DNA of 64,000 nucleotides from Asterias rubens (taxonomy: Eukaryota). A program made the translations under genes and the position numbers. The DNA is taken from contig NC_047068.1 of the NCBI RefSeq assembly GCF_902459465.1, positions 14,198,001 through 14,262,000 of the forward strand. The letters are read 5' to 3'. Shown in pieces: positions 12,101 to 24,852 of the stretch (its first letter is position 1; each line of letters begins with the position of its first letter). The notes below the pieces were generated by a model, which worked only from the letters and a program-made list of their open reading frames with translations, made no database searches and had not been told where the DNA came from.

Positions 12101-15100
12101 ATAAGATCTGAATAACTGGAGTTAATAATTTGATTAGGACTAATGCTTCACAGAGGCAATGTCTCTTTTGCCTTGCTGCTCCTTGAAATGTTCCAATAGA
12201 AGTTTAAAAGCTCCTCATGGAGGTGCCCTATACAAGGGAGAAAACACTGGTGCCCTTGCCCGGTCAAGAGCAAAAGCATCAGGCTTATTTGTGTTACTTT
12301 TTTGTGCTAGATAGAATTCTTCTGACTTTTAACTAAATAATTTGTTGGAATTTGCAGTAAGCTCATGGGTGGTGGCATTGAGAGTATGGCAATTACTGAA
12401 GCATTTGGAGGTGAGTTTTTTGAGACATTTTGTTATTCTTTGCACACATTTGGTATTCAGTATGACTATGTTGTGTTGGACCTCTTCAAAAGTCAGTTAT
12501 GGAATCACAGTCAGAGAATCAGGTTCATTTTAAAATTATTATGTTTGAATAATTAGCTCTTTATGAGAATACCCCCGGAGGATAAATAATATGTACAATT
12601 TGTGGATTTTTAATTACTTATCAAAACCAGGTAGAGTTTGTTCTTAGAGAAATGTCTTGCTTTATTCTAATACGGCGATGTAGATGTTAGGGGGTTCGGG
12701 AGACTTCTCAGTTCTAAAAAGAACTGTCCTGCTTTTTTAACTATTACCCGGGCGGATGGTATAGAAAATAGGCTGGGACTACTACTTTAGCTTATAGGAT
12801 CGTGATTAACTGCACTAACGCGGAGTCAGTTCTTAAATTGGTCTCAATGTTTCGACTAGCTTGCTCTAGTCATCGTCAGGAGACTGTTACCGCAAACCAA
12901 ATATATATTGATACCTCGACACACAATGCCTCAAATCCTATATTATCAAAACCAATTGACATTGCCTTGATTTTAAAATTAGATATTTTCATTTTAAGGT
13001 AAAGAGAATACTTATCAGACCTGAACTTTGAGAGAAATCATTTTGTTTAATTAACAAGCTCATCTTCTCCACTGATTTCTAGATAAACATGACCACCAGA
13101 TTTTATGAAATTGTCACAGCAGGCCTAGAATTTCATGGATGCCACGGAGGACTTCATTGCTCTACTGGTCTTGGCCTTGGTGCCCCACATAGACGTTAAG
13201 ATATTTCCAACGGAAGTGCCCTTTTCAAAATGAAAATGTCCTTGCCCTCTCAAAGATGAATTTCCAGGTCTTATTGAAAACTAGAGTATGAGAAATGTGT
13301 TTATTCTTTTAACACCAATGGTTGGTGTATGATGAGTCCATTAACTTGACGATGTGATCTATTTTACTTTTAGAGTTCCGAACCGGCAAGACCCAGATTT
13401 CTCACACACTGTGCGTCACGACTCAACTACCTGGAGCTAACAGCTACCCTGGTGGAAAAGTAGTCTTTATTGATACTGAGAATACTTTGTATCCTTTTTT
13501 TTTTATTAACCCAACAACAATTAGTACAGAGGGATGGAGTGGTGAAGACATCAAAGCTCAGTTTCCTATAGTTTCCTCACAGGTACCCATTTTTCCCTTG
13601 GGTGATAAGAAACGATTACAGTTAAGTGTCCTGCTCGAGCACACAAGTCTCATGACCGGGGATTCAAACCCACACCCTGATTTAGATGCTCTATGTCCCT
13701 CAGCCATGATAAAGGTCTATTTGCTGCTTTGGGCTGCAGTGATTGAGGGAGGCAATTCCAAACAAATCCCATATGTCCCTCTCTCTTTCCTTAACGTTGA
13801 TCATTCAGTCGTCCAGACAGGTTGAAGGACATTGCTGATCATTACAACCTGGACCATGGTGCAATGCTAGATAATGTTCTGTATGCAAGGGCCTACACAA
13901 GTGAGTTATTGACTTAGATAATCTTGACTTTAGACAGAGAAAAAAAGCAAATTGTATGGACCATCTGTATGGGCATTATTTGGTTGCTTGCTCAAATTTT
14001 ACACTGGACCACAAGCCCGAGAGGCGGGTAGTTTTGGTGACGGGGCCACTAAACCCTTCTTCGACCAGACAAGTCAAGCGGTCTTGTGTTTTTTAATATC
14101 AATGAAAATATTTTTCACGGGCAGTAAAGTTGAAATAGAAAACCAATGTTTTTCTTGATAGGTGAACATCAGTTTGAGCTTCTTGACTTTGCCGCTGCCA
14201 AATTCCATGAAGAGCCGGGCGTCTTCAAGTTACTGGTAAGAACGTTTTCCTTTCTTAAGATTCAAAATCAAAGAGGTGCCCATCCAGAGCTGCTCCAGAA
14301 TGCAGGGATCCTGTGTTAAAATCCCACATAATTTGTATATTATGTGTTTTTTTTTATCCAAAAGCACAGAGTTTACAGTGAGAAATTCCAAATAGTGTTC
14401 TTCTAGCAACAAATACCTCTCATTATCATTACTGATCTACTTTATTATGAGCTGCCAACTCTCCCTGATTTTCAGCAAATTCCCTGAAACAAACCAATCT
14501 TTCCATGTTCTGTTGAACAAATTTGAAAACCTCCCAATTCTGTAACTTATTCCCTATTATATTGAATGTAATTCGAAATACCTCCCTGATTGTTGTACAA
14601 TCTTTCCATTGCAAAATGCAACTGTTGGCAGTTCTGCATTTTTAGCCTATAGTAAACTTGAGGGAATATGAACTTATTGAAGCTTTATGGATGCATAGCT
14701 GAGTCATATCTGTTACACCATAACCTAGTTGTCCTAATTATCATGTCAGGTGTATCATAACAGATTTATAACCTGCAATATAATAGGATCAATATTAAGC
14801 CCCCATTGGACTATGCAGTGTTTTAAAGGCACTGGACACCTTTTGGTAATTGTCAAAGACCAGTATCCTCACTTGGTGTATCCCAACATACGCATAAAAT
14901 AACAAATCTATGCAAATTTTGACTAATTGGTCATCGAAGTTGCAAGGGAATAATGAAAGAAGAAAAAACAGTTGTTGCACAAATTTGTGTGCTTTCAGAT
15001 GCATAATCAAAGGCTTCAGGCCTTAAGGCTTTTCTTATTTGAGTGAGAAATTACCTCTGTCTAAAAATCTATGTTACTTCAGAGGGAGTCGTTTCTCAAA

Positions 15101-18100
15101 ATGTTTTATACTATCAACAGCTCTCCATTGCCGAGTTTGTTTTTATGCTTCCCGTTATTTTGAGTAGTCCAATAGTGTCCAGTGCCTTTAAAGGGAAGGT
15201 ATACTCGTGGTAATCCCTCTTTAAATTAATGGAAACAAAAACCTTTGGTTAGAGAGCCTACAGCAGCCTTTGATAGTATAAATGTGAAAATGTCTTCTAT
15301 TCATGAGTTCAAAGAGGCCCTAAAAACCCACTTTTTCACAGCTGCTTTTCATTAATGTTTGTGTTTCTTCCTTGCGCCGTGAGTATCACTTGTGGAAATA
15401 ATGAAGTGAAATAATTCTCAAAATAATAACTTTGTTTTTTTTACCTATACACAGATGTGTGTTAGCATACTCGGTACTTTCCCGAGTCCTGTGAACAAAT
15501 TTCAAATGCATATTACACGGGTGGGATTCGAACCCACGACCCTGCACATCAGTGTATGGGTAAAAACCAAACTTAATATACTCTTTATCCCCGATGCAAG
15601 TTTAAACAGCCAATAAAGGATGATCTCAAATATATAGATATTACAGTTTTCTAATAGCTGGAGTCCATAGGAAACATAAAAAAATATAACGAGTCTCTTA
15701 CCTCATGTTAAAACATGGTAAAAATTGGTTTTTCTCCAGAACGCTACATGCCAAATTTCTGAAAAACGCGGGGTCAAACAAACTCGCGCGACAAAGGAAT
15801 CGTGACGTCAGTGGCGGCTATTTGATGTGGAAAATAGCGCCCCTAGTTTGCCAAAGCTGGAGAACTCTGTTCAAACCCAATTAGGGGAAAATCGTCACTG
15901 GTGTCAAGGGGTCATTAAAATAGATAAGCCGTTTTTGACTCTCGGCTGAAAAAGCCGCATGGCCGGGTGCATATTTGACTCTAGTTATTTATTACTAAAT
16001 GCAATTTTTGAGAGTAAAATGGTCATTAACCGGTATCTACGATGTCTATTTGGCCATAAAAAGGTAATGGTTGAAATATTTGGATCATCCTTTATTGGCT
16101 CTTTAACATCTATTAAATTCTCAAAATGCTTCATATTATCAAAAGCTGCCGTAGTCTTCCAACAGAAGTTGTTGTTGCCATTAGTTTTTAGAGTCATTAC
16201 CAAACGTACATTCACTTTAGTACATAATCAGTGAGTTTCAAGAGTGAAAACCAATCATCTTTTTATGATAACCATGCAACGATAAATGAGGAGACTCTAA
16301 AGTGCAGTGTCATAAACAGAACATGATGATCTTGCAAAGTAATAAGAATGAGTGTCATTGATTTAGTACAATGACCATTTTGGCGTCTAGAGTTTCATTA
16401 CTGTAGGGGCTATAAGGGACATACTGGAAAAATAAGACTTTGAGATTGTAGCTCTTTGAAGGACCGAGAGGCTCTGTATAAGATTGGTTTATTTTACTGG
16501 GGGTGTCATCATTATATAGCTCAGGTTTCATGACAAAGTCTTGATGAAGCCTTGAGAATAAACCAAAAGAACTCTTTCCGTCTGCATCAAGTAAAATTCT
16601 CAAGATTTATAACTTTATTTATTATAGTATAACTCATTTTAGGATCTGGCAGAAAATCATAGTTGTGATTTAGCAATCATAACAAACAATAACAAAAACT
16701 CTGTCTGGGGTGTACACTTGGTCTACAATCCCGGCAAAAATGCTAAGGCCACATGACAATAAACATACATACATACCCTCCCCATCTCCCCCGTCAATGT
16801 TGTTAGGAGCGCAGACCGCGCAATGAGAGCCAACATTAAATGGGGGGGTTAGGGGCGGGGGCGCAATGAGATATGGCTGGGATTGTAGATATAAAGACCA
16901 GAGAAACTAATTATTCAAGAAGAAAATACTACATTCATAAAGAATTTGGCAACATCTTTACTCGGTTGCAATTTTCAGGAAAATGTTGAGGCAAAAGATC
17001 CATAAAAAATATATCCCTGGCTCTGGAAAAATCCAAACAAATCAGAGACCGATGAGAAAGAGAGCAGATCACAGAAAACATGTCAAGATTTTCTTGTTTT
17101 GTTTATCTTTCATTGCAGATAATTGACTCCATCATGGCATTATTCAGAGTAGATTTCAGTGGACGGGGAGAACTTGCTGACAGACAACAAAAACTGGCTC
17201 AAATGCTCTCCAAACTACAAAAAATATCTGAAGGTAAACAACTTTACACGGTCAAGCTTCATTTTGCAAAGCCAGCAGCATAAACTTTGACTTGAGACTT
17301 TTTTTTGAATATGCAGAGCCAAGCCAAACAACCAGTTAATCTCTTGCATTTTTTGCATCCAGCAAGAGTCTAACATCCTCTTGAAGACGGCAGGCCTGAT
17401 ACTTCATTTGCCTCCATGCCCACTGGTGCCTTGGTGCCCTTGAAATGCCCCAGTAGAAATTTACAATTTTCTCATAGGTGCCCGTTACCAAGCAGAAAAT
17501 GCCTTGGTGCCCTTGCCCTTTCAAAAGCAAAGCATACAGGCCTGAGATGATCAGAGCATCCTGATCAAAACATTGAGTTGTCAACCACCGGTTCTTTTTA
17601 GAACCAACACTACTCAAAAGAACCGGTCCCACTGCAAACCTCACCTGTTTATAAAAACCTACCAGAATACTATTTGCTTTTCACATTTTCACTTTTCCTT
17701 TGTATTTGTCAGAGTACAACGTCTCTGTCTTTGTAACTAATCAGATGACATCTGATCCTGGAGCAACAATGAGGTACAGTTTTACTTCGATCTTATTTTG
17801 TATAGATTTATTATCTCATATTGTTTTACATTTCTATGAAAATCACAGTAGGGCAACTACTTAGGGTTGTTTGGAATCATGGCAAAAGTTTTGTACAACA
17901 ATTACCTTTTATTAACACAATGTTGATTAGTTACACACAAATACCAGGACCTCACAGTCCCGCTTTTGGTTGTACTTTTTTCAGTCTTCTTTCAAGATGT
18001 TTCTCCTTTTTCGATTTGTGCGAGACTTGCACAGTCTTAAGCTTTTTCATGTCACACAATGTAGTAGTGATTGACTCCTAAGTTTCTATTTTTGTAATGT

Positions 18101-18870
18101 AGCTTTCAGGCGGACCCTAAGAAACCTATTGGCGGTCATATCCTTGCCCATGCCTCAACGACACGATTGAGTCTCAGGAAAGGACGAGGTGAATTAAGGA
18201 TTGCCAAGATCTATGACAGGTAAGGAAACTAAGGCCGTGTTCAAACTGGCGGCTACAGCTACGGCTACTACTGTTGCTATTGACTACTTATACTTCAACC
18301 ACCGCATGATGGCACAGCGAGGAAACTAAGGCCGTGTTCAAACTGGCGGCTACAGCTACGGCTACTACTGTTGCTATTGACTACTTATACTTCAACCACC
18401 GCATGATGGCACAGCGACCCAGCTGCAGCCGTGGCTGCCAATTCGGACACAGCCTAAGACAGTTTTTATTTTAACTATTTTATGTTAAGTTGAGAATGAA
18501 CTGCATTCGGCTCTACCAGTCGAGCTCCTAGTGGATGATACCCAAGCCTACATATCCTTAAGGACTGTAAACTGTAAAGGGGATAAACCTGTTTCAGTCC
18601 CAGGAGTAGGTGGCAACATGCTTCTGGTGACAGTTGATTTGGGTTGACAGCCCTAATCAGTTGAAGTAGCCCTCGCCTAGAAGTGGCCGTCCGGTCTTGT
18701 GATGTTAGGCTATATCTCATAAAATAAAACATTATAAACTAATGGATCTATTATAATTGCTGGTAGTAAATCCATTAAATATGTTGGGTTTCTTTTGCAG
18801 CCCTGACATGCCAGAGAATGAAGCAACGTTTGCCATTTCCACAGGAGGTATCATTGATGCCAAAGAATAG
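9130..18870 (+). CDS. DMC1: Meiotic recombinase DMC1, 13 coding exons, 345 aa (340 aa from the second in-frame ATG at 9145)
   Basis: Exons 9130-9195, 9465-9509, 10248-10298, 10709-10804, 11575-11657, 12358-12410, 13374-13488, 13809-13900, 14162-14235, 17119-17233, 17713-17773, 18103-18219 and 18801-18870 total 1038 nt with phases consistent throughout. Walker A is GEFRTGKT and Walker B is LLIIDS. DMC1-diagnostic stretches: [79 protein letters not shown]. Confidence 0.98.
10832..11199. mobile_element. TTAA-flanked (Kolobok-like) MITE, high-copy family
   Basis: TTAA|AGGGAAGGTACA ... TGTACCTTCCCT|TTAA. The body (CTCACTTGGTGTATCCCA..CATA..CA...ATAACAA) is shared with the copies listed below. Confidence 0.8.
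13489..13808 (+). other. U12-type (minor spliceosome) GT-AG intron of DMC1
   Basis: The 5' splice site is GTATCCTTT at 13489. The branch site TTTCCTTAAC at 13786-13795 lies about 12 nt upstream of the AG at 13807-13808, with no polypyrimidine tract between them. This is the textbook U12 consensus. Confidence 0.92.
14827..15187. mobile_element. Kolobok-like MITE, same family, followed at the shared TTAA by the start of a second element
   Basis: TTAA|AGGCACTGGACAC ... GTGTCCAGTGCCT|TTAA|AGGGAAGGTATAC. Confidence 0.8.
18233..18454. mobile_element. PIF/Harbinger-type MITE with a 97-bp tandem duplication of its left part
   Basis: TAA|GGCCGTGTTCAAACTGGC ... GCCAATTCGGACACAGCC|TAA. The direct repeat runs 18224-18320 and 18321-18417. 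Confidence 0.7.
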
Positions 18871-19577
18871 CAAGATGCTACAAGTGGATGAGTTTTCTGA
18901 TAACATCATTTCTCTTGCCAGAAATTATGGATACCAATTTATTATTGTTCAATTTGGAAGGTTGGTCCAATTAAAAAATTGACCATTTCTGACATAACTT
19001 ATTTGAAAGTTTGATGACGTTTGTTCATTGTTTCTTGTGGGTTTTATACACTATTTAAAACTACTAATAGCTGTATTGGTGTATTTAAGTAAAGGAATCA
19101 GTGATAATCACAAATTGTACCGGTAAACAGCTCCCCCCAAAATGTTGCAATTGATTGATTCAGACAATTTTATCTATCTCGCATTGAACTGCTCAAAAAC
19201 CGCGTATCTCATCGTCAACTTGTTTTTTATGCACATCAGGGCGATTTTACAAAAGATATATACAGTTTGACAAAGTGTCAAGCGAAACGTTGCACTGAAA
19301 CAATGAAAGTGGCTTCTAAAAATAAATCAGTAAACCTAAAAAACCATCACTGAAAATGCTCAGTCAAGATAGATTTAATAACATATTTACAGCAAATAAT
19401 ACAAAGCATTATTTTATAACAACTTACTGTCCAGGTTTCGGTGTAACAAAGCTCTTAAGCCAAAACAAATGCTGTTTTAACAAAACCATTTACTGAGAAA
19501 AACAATAGCGGGTAATCAGTCACAACTAAAGTGAAACTTGTTCTTGCAGAGCAATATTTTACGGTAAGCAGGTGTCA

Positions 19578-19946
19578 GGGCCAAATTTCATGAAGCTGCT
19601 TATAAAAACATAAATTAGCTAAGCACAAAATAATTCTGCTTACCAAGAGAAGAATGCCAGCCAAAATACTGGTATCCTGTTTACTTTTTTTTGCTTAGCA
19701 GAATACTGACAATGACAAGCATTTCGATCTGCTCTATGACCAATGGTAATTTGCATAACAGTGCAGTGGCATACAAAATTACTTTGCAAAAAATAACTTT
19801 TGCAAGCCCCCAAAGTGGTAACAAACAACAATATAATGTTATGTGCACAGTTTACAACTGGTTCTCTTCTTACTTATGCTCGGCGGAATTTGTAAAGTAA
19901 TCATAGAATAATTTTCTGCTTAAGCAGCTCCATGAAACTGGGCTCC
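19578..19946. mobile_element. MITE (GGGCC.AATTTCAT termini family)
   Basis: GGGCCAAATTTCATGAAGCTGCTTA ... TAAGCAGCTCCATGAAACTGGGCTCC. Related fragments occur at about 6228, 27000-27350, 43220 and 54625-54745. Confidence 0.65.
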
Positions 19947-22900
19947 GCAGCTGATTTCAAGAAACTTTAGGAAACTGTACAAGTCAAGCTTCACAAGATT
20001 TTTTAGTGGTGCACAGTGTACGCAATAAATGTTGCTCCATTGGACTTACGCCGGTGTGTAAAGTTTTGTAACAGCAGCAAGACTACATTTCCATTGCCCT
20101 TGATTGATATTCATCACAAGTTTCTGGCAAGCACAGCGTATTCATCAGCTCTAATAATCTGTTTGCATGTTAGATTCCAATATCGTCTGGAACAATGACG
20201 TGCTCGATCACAAGTTACCATTTAAATTTAAATTCCTCTCACTATCCAGACAGTTGCTATGTCACACGATTAGGGACAAGCTTTTGCGTAGATACGCAAG
20301 TGATGACGGTGAACACCCATACAAAATTCCGAATGGATGTGAATTGCAGAATGGTACCAGGGTTTGCTCATCTGGAGGTTGCTTTTGCAAAGGCTTGCCA
20401 CGAACCATTTGACATATCAACTGTCTCTATAGTCTTAGCAATTCAAATGTACGCGGTCCATTGTGACCAAGCAAGTTATTGTACCAGGCATTATTCAAAT
20501 CTAACTTGCAAATGGCTTATTGGTGCTCTTTCACTTCAGCAGCTGCAGAGAAACAGCAACATCTTCTAATTTGTTCTAGTTTATCTGAAACAACGCATAT
20601 AATATATTGTAAAATACAATCAAATAATATTAAATAATTTATCATTTCTATGACAAAGAAAATATTTCCACTTATATCACCCAACATTAATATATTCCAG
20701 TTTTTGCCATTAAATGTGAAAAATATAAAAGAATAACGTAATTTGTGATAGAATTTCCAAAATAGTATAGTATAAATGTGTAATTAAACAATCTTTTTAA
20801 AGAAAATGAAATAACTGATCAGATTTCCTCCAAACTATAAAGCATCTATTAGAATAACTATATTTGATTGTGCTATTTATCAACTTCAGGTGAGAACAAT
20901 TCTTTCCTCTATTCTTACAATTGCTTGTTATGATCGGTTCACTCGTTTGAAGAATAAATCTCATATAATAATAATAATAACAGTGTTTCCTTTTTAAAAA
21001 TGGGAATGCATTATTTCAGTTGTTTTGATTCTCGAGTTTCTTCCCAGCAACATGAAAAGAAAGGTACCACTCTCAAGATGGGGGGGGGGGGGGATAGAGT
21101 TTACAATCTTTCAAAGGAGTTATAAAATAAATTATGGGTTTTAAATAATATCTCTAATTAAATTAGCAACAACAAATTTTAACAGAAACAATTGCCTTTC
21201 ATTCCTGAATGAAAAAAAAGAAGTATGTAGAACAATCGATCAGTGTGCAAGAATACTGGTGTAGAGTTCACTTTTGCAAACCAGCTTTTGCTGAGAATAG
21301 CCATTCATTAATTGATTATTTTGTACCAGTATATTCTACCCCATCTATACACCCTTAAAATGCAATATTAAATATAACCCAACCAAATACATGTAGTACA
21401 CTCTTGGCAGAGTTTGGGTGGTTTCCTTGAAGGATGATGGTGGTTTGGTTGGTACAATAAATTTGACAAAACATCCCCATTTAAGGTAGGGCCATAGGTC
21501 GGTTTTTGTCATAATGCTGAAATATAACATACACATAGTTGAAGGAATCTGTGTTGTATGTTTATAGATTCTACCAAAGTAAGTCTAAATCGATATGGCA
21601 AGTGGAAAGTGAAGGCAAAATATGTCTCGGCAGGCAATATATTTGAAATTTGAAATAAAATTTACAAAATTGGGAACACATAGTCAAAGCTCTTGGTAAC
21701 AACCATCATCTCTGGCTTAAGAATAAAGCCAAAAAATGCGGTTGTCCCACGACTCTGTATGCTCCAGAAAATGTATTTAAATGCATACTATTTATGCCAG
21801 CAAAAATGTCTACAAGGCAAGCTCTTGGCAAGCTAGCTACCAAAATTATTAAAAGAAAACGAATTGTGAAGTTGAATTTGTTTTTGTGTCTGCATTTATG
21901 CACTAATTTGCAACTAAAATAATCATCAAAAGCACTCGGCACTATTGACCTCATTTTGCTTAAAAACACTTAAATCAAATGTCAGACAAACTTTCCCCCA
22001 ATCATTGGTCACCGCATTACCGGGCCAATCTGCAGTAGTACAGTCACTATCAGTACATGTACACATACACATAAAGCTTGGACATGTACATGCCTCCATG
22101 GAAGTAAAATTGATCTAAAAAATTATTGTCTGAAGTTTAGGTACTAGTTTTTAGGTACCAAGCTTCTATTTTCAGCATTAGTTCGGAAAGCTAATGAGTA
22201 CGCTGAAAGAAACATTGTAAAACAAAAAATGTTTAAAACAAAATGATACATGTGTCTTTCACACTGCCACAGCCACATAGAGTTAACATAATTCAGGATC
22301 TACTTTTCCTAATGCATAGATAGATATTGATTGTCCAACACCAATCCAACCTAATTTCAAAAATATGTTAAGCAAAAATAACAAAAAAAGTGGCTAGCAG
22401 AGACAAATCTCGCTAAGCAGATACAGGTTACCAGAACCAATATACCATGTAATGTGGAGTGTTTATGACTGGCTCCCCTGACAATCTCTGCTAATAAGCA
22501 GAAACATTTGCTAAGCACAACTTTCTGAGAAACAGCTTTACGAAACTCTAAGTCATCAGAATTACAGAATATAATGAAGTAAATTAACAGCAGAATTGAA
22601 AGGACACACATATTTATTTTTTTTTTAAATTACACACATTTAGGCTATGTTCATCCAGTGTAGGATGAAGCCCTGCTCATAAAAATGCCCATTTTTCCAT
22701 AACCCCTGATGTTGTAGTACATACTGTTCCTGCATAAGATCTAACGACATTCCTTTATACATTCTTTCACCTATTATAAAAGTTACAATTAAACAATTTT
22801 TCAGCCGAACCCACCACATAGAGCAAGTTTGATTAAGGACCCTCGTTTTACCCATAGTTCAACTTACTCTTAGTGAGCGTTTGCCACCTCAACGATGGAT

Positions 22901-23768
22901 GGAATGGTCTAGTCGTTAATTTGTGACCAGCCAATTGTGGCTTTATCGCCCCGGTGTTTCTTGCAGATTGTGCTGCATAACCTTGTAAACACATACAAGG
23001 TGTTATATTGATGAGTTTCACAACTCAAACATGTAATTTCTTTTTTTCTTTTTATGCAAGTTTCCAGACACACAAGGTCTGAAGGCCACTTCAAGGTGTG
23101 GGCTACAACCAACTATTTTTAATTTTTTGCATGGCCCCCATAACAAGAACAGTTTGGAAACCTGGCATCATGCCTGAAGCTTTCAAGAAATATCTCAAAA
23201 TATTCCTGTTCAATGATTGATTGCTTCGACTGTTTTCCCATTACCAGTGCCATTATTTACATGGTTATTGAATAAGTTTCTTGTAAAGCGCTGTGGTACC
23301 ATGTTTAAGAGCGCTCTATAAATGCCCAATATTATTATTATTTCAGCAACAATCAATGGAATATGAAAAAAATTGTTGGGAAAAAAAAAGAATTATTTAT
23401 TGCTCACTTCGACAATTGATCTAGCCTGACGACATCATTTGAGAAGTTCCCGTCAACTTCAGTGCGCATGCACTATGGCGTCAAGAATCACTAGTTAACC
23501 GATGGTCCATGATCGAACTTGCTCATAATTTCACAGCAATGCACATTATACATCTCCCCTTTCATTTGTAGCGTCGTATAAAACATTATGTACAACCACT
23601 CTTGCATACGGAACCAATCCAACAGTCTTAAATGCATATCAAATGTATACCAACCCTTTGAAGGAATGCGTGTATATAATTGTTGCAATTAATAAATATA
23701 ACCAAAATAAATAAATATATATAGGTCAAAAGTGAGGGCTGATTGTAGTGAGGTGTTGAACTTTTTAA

Positions 23769-24142
23769 AAAACACTGGACACCTTTGGTACCTGTCAAAA
23801 GACCAGTATCCTCACTTGGTGTATCACAGCATATGCATAACAAACCTGTGAACATTTGGGATCAATTGGTCATCAAATTTGTAAGAGAATAAAGAAAGAA
23901 TACACACCCTTGTTGCACTACTCCGTGTGCTTTAAGATGTATAATAAAAGGCTTCAGCTGAAATATTTGTTATGTGGGTGAGAAAGTACTTTTTTTTTCT
24001 CTTTTCTCAAAAACTTTGTTACTTCAGAGGCAGCCATTTCTCACAGGGTTTTATATACTACCAACAGCTCTCCATTGCTCATACCAAGTAAGCTTTTATG
24101 CTAACAATTGTTTTGAGTAAATACCAATAGTGTCCACTGCCT
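23769..24142. mobile_element. Kolobok-like MITE, same family as 10832 and 14827
   Basis: TTAA-flanked, ..CACTGGACAC ... GTGTCCACTGCCT|TTAA, with the shared body. Confidence 0.75.
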
Positions 24143-24852
24143 TTAAACCAGTTACTCTTTTCCACTTCGGGTCCATGCAGTCTGTGAGTTAAAAATCATA
24201 AATTGCAAAAAATCTTTCTTCTAAAGAAACATTTTGTTCTGTTTTCCTTTTAATAGTAGCAAAAAAACATGTTTCCTTTCCCTTGAAAAGACAAGGTTTG
24301 TTTTCTTCTCTTGAATCCAAAATCTGTGTAACGAAATTGAAAACCTTTTTGTGGCCCTTTCATGAGTGATATGAGTTTTTAACTTAATCTATTTTCTTTA
24401 TTTCAGTTGCTTGTATCTTTTATTCACATGAGGGCGTTTTCAAAAAGCAAATTTTGTAGTTGCATCACAGTTACACTTACACTTTTAGTTTTTATTTTAT
24501 TTTGACTGCATGTATGTTGTTTAATGGTATCAAAAAGTAACAACAACGAGGACCAAAAACATGCGCCTTTTAAAATATTTGGCATAATGTTAATTCAGTT
24601 TTGGTTCACACACGCCCTACCATAGTTTTAAAAAATGGCAAATCCCCTACAAATGCAAACCCAAGTTAATCTCTTAATCAATAATCTAACCTACAAACCA
24701 AAGCCCTCTGCAAAAATACTCTGATTTCAGTTTTTCCTGAACAGTTTTATATAATTCATAATTAAAAAACGGCAATTCTGTTAACTTACAGAAATTGGCG
24801 CTTGAGGGCTCTGTTTGCTTATTGCGTAGATGAAAACCTTTGTTCAAATCTG

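Noticed and set aside
16355-16603. 82-aa minus-strand ORF nested in DMC1 intron 9
   Set aside because: It has a non-ATG start, no recognisable domain, and no convincing donor or partner exons.
20016-20569. Overlapping plus-strand ORFs between DMC1 and SUN
   Set aside because: No homology recognised and no splice structure; consistent with UTR or intergenic sequence.
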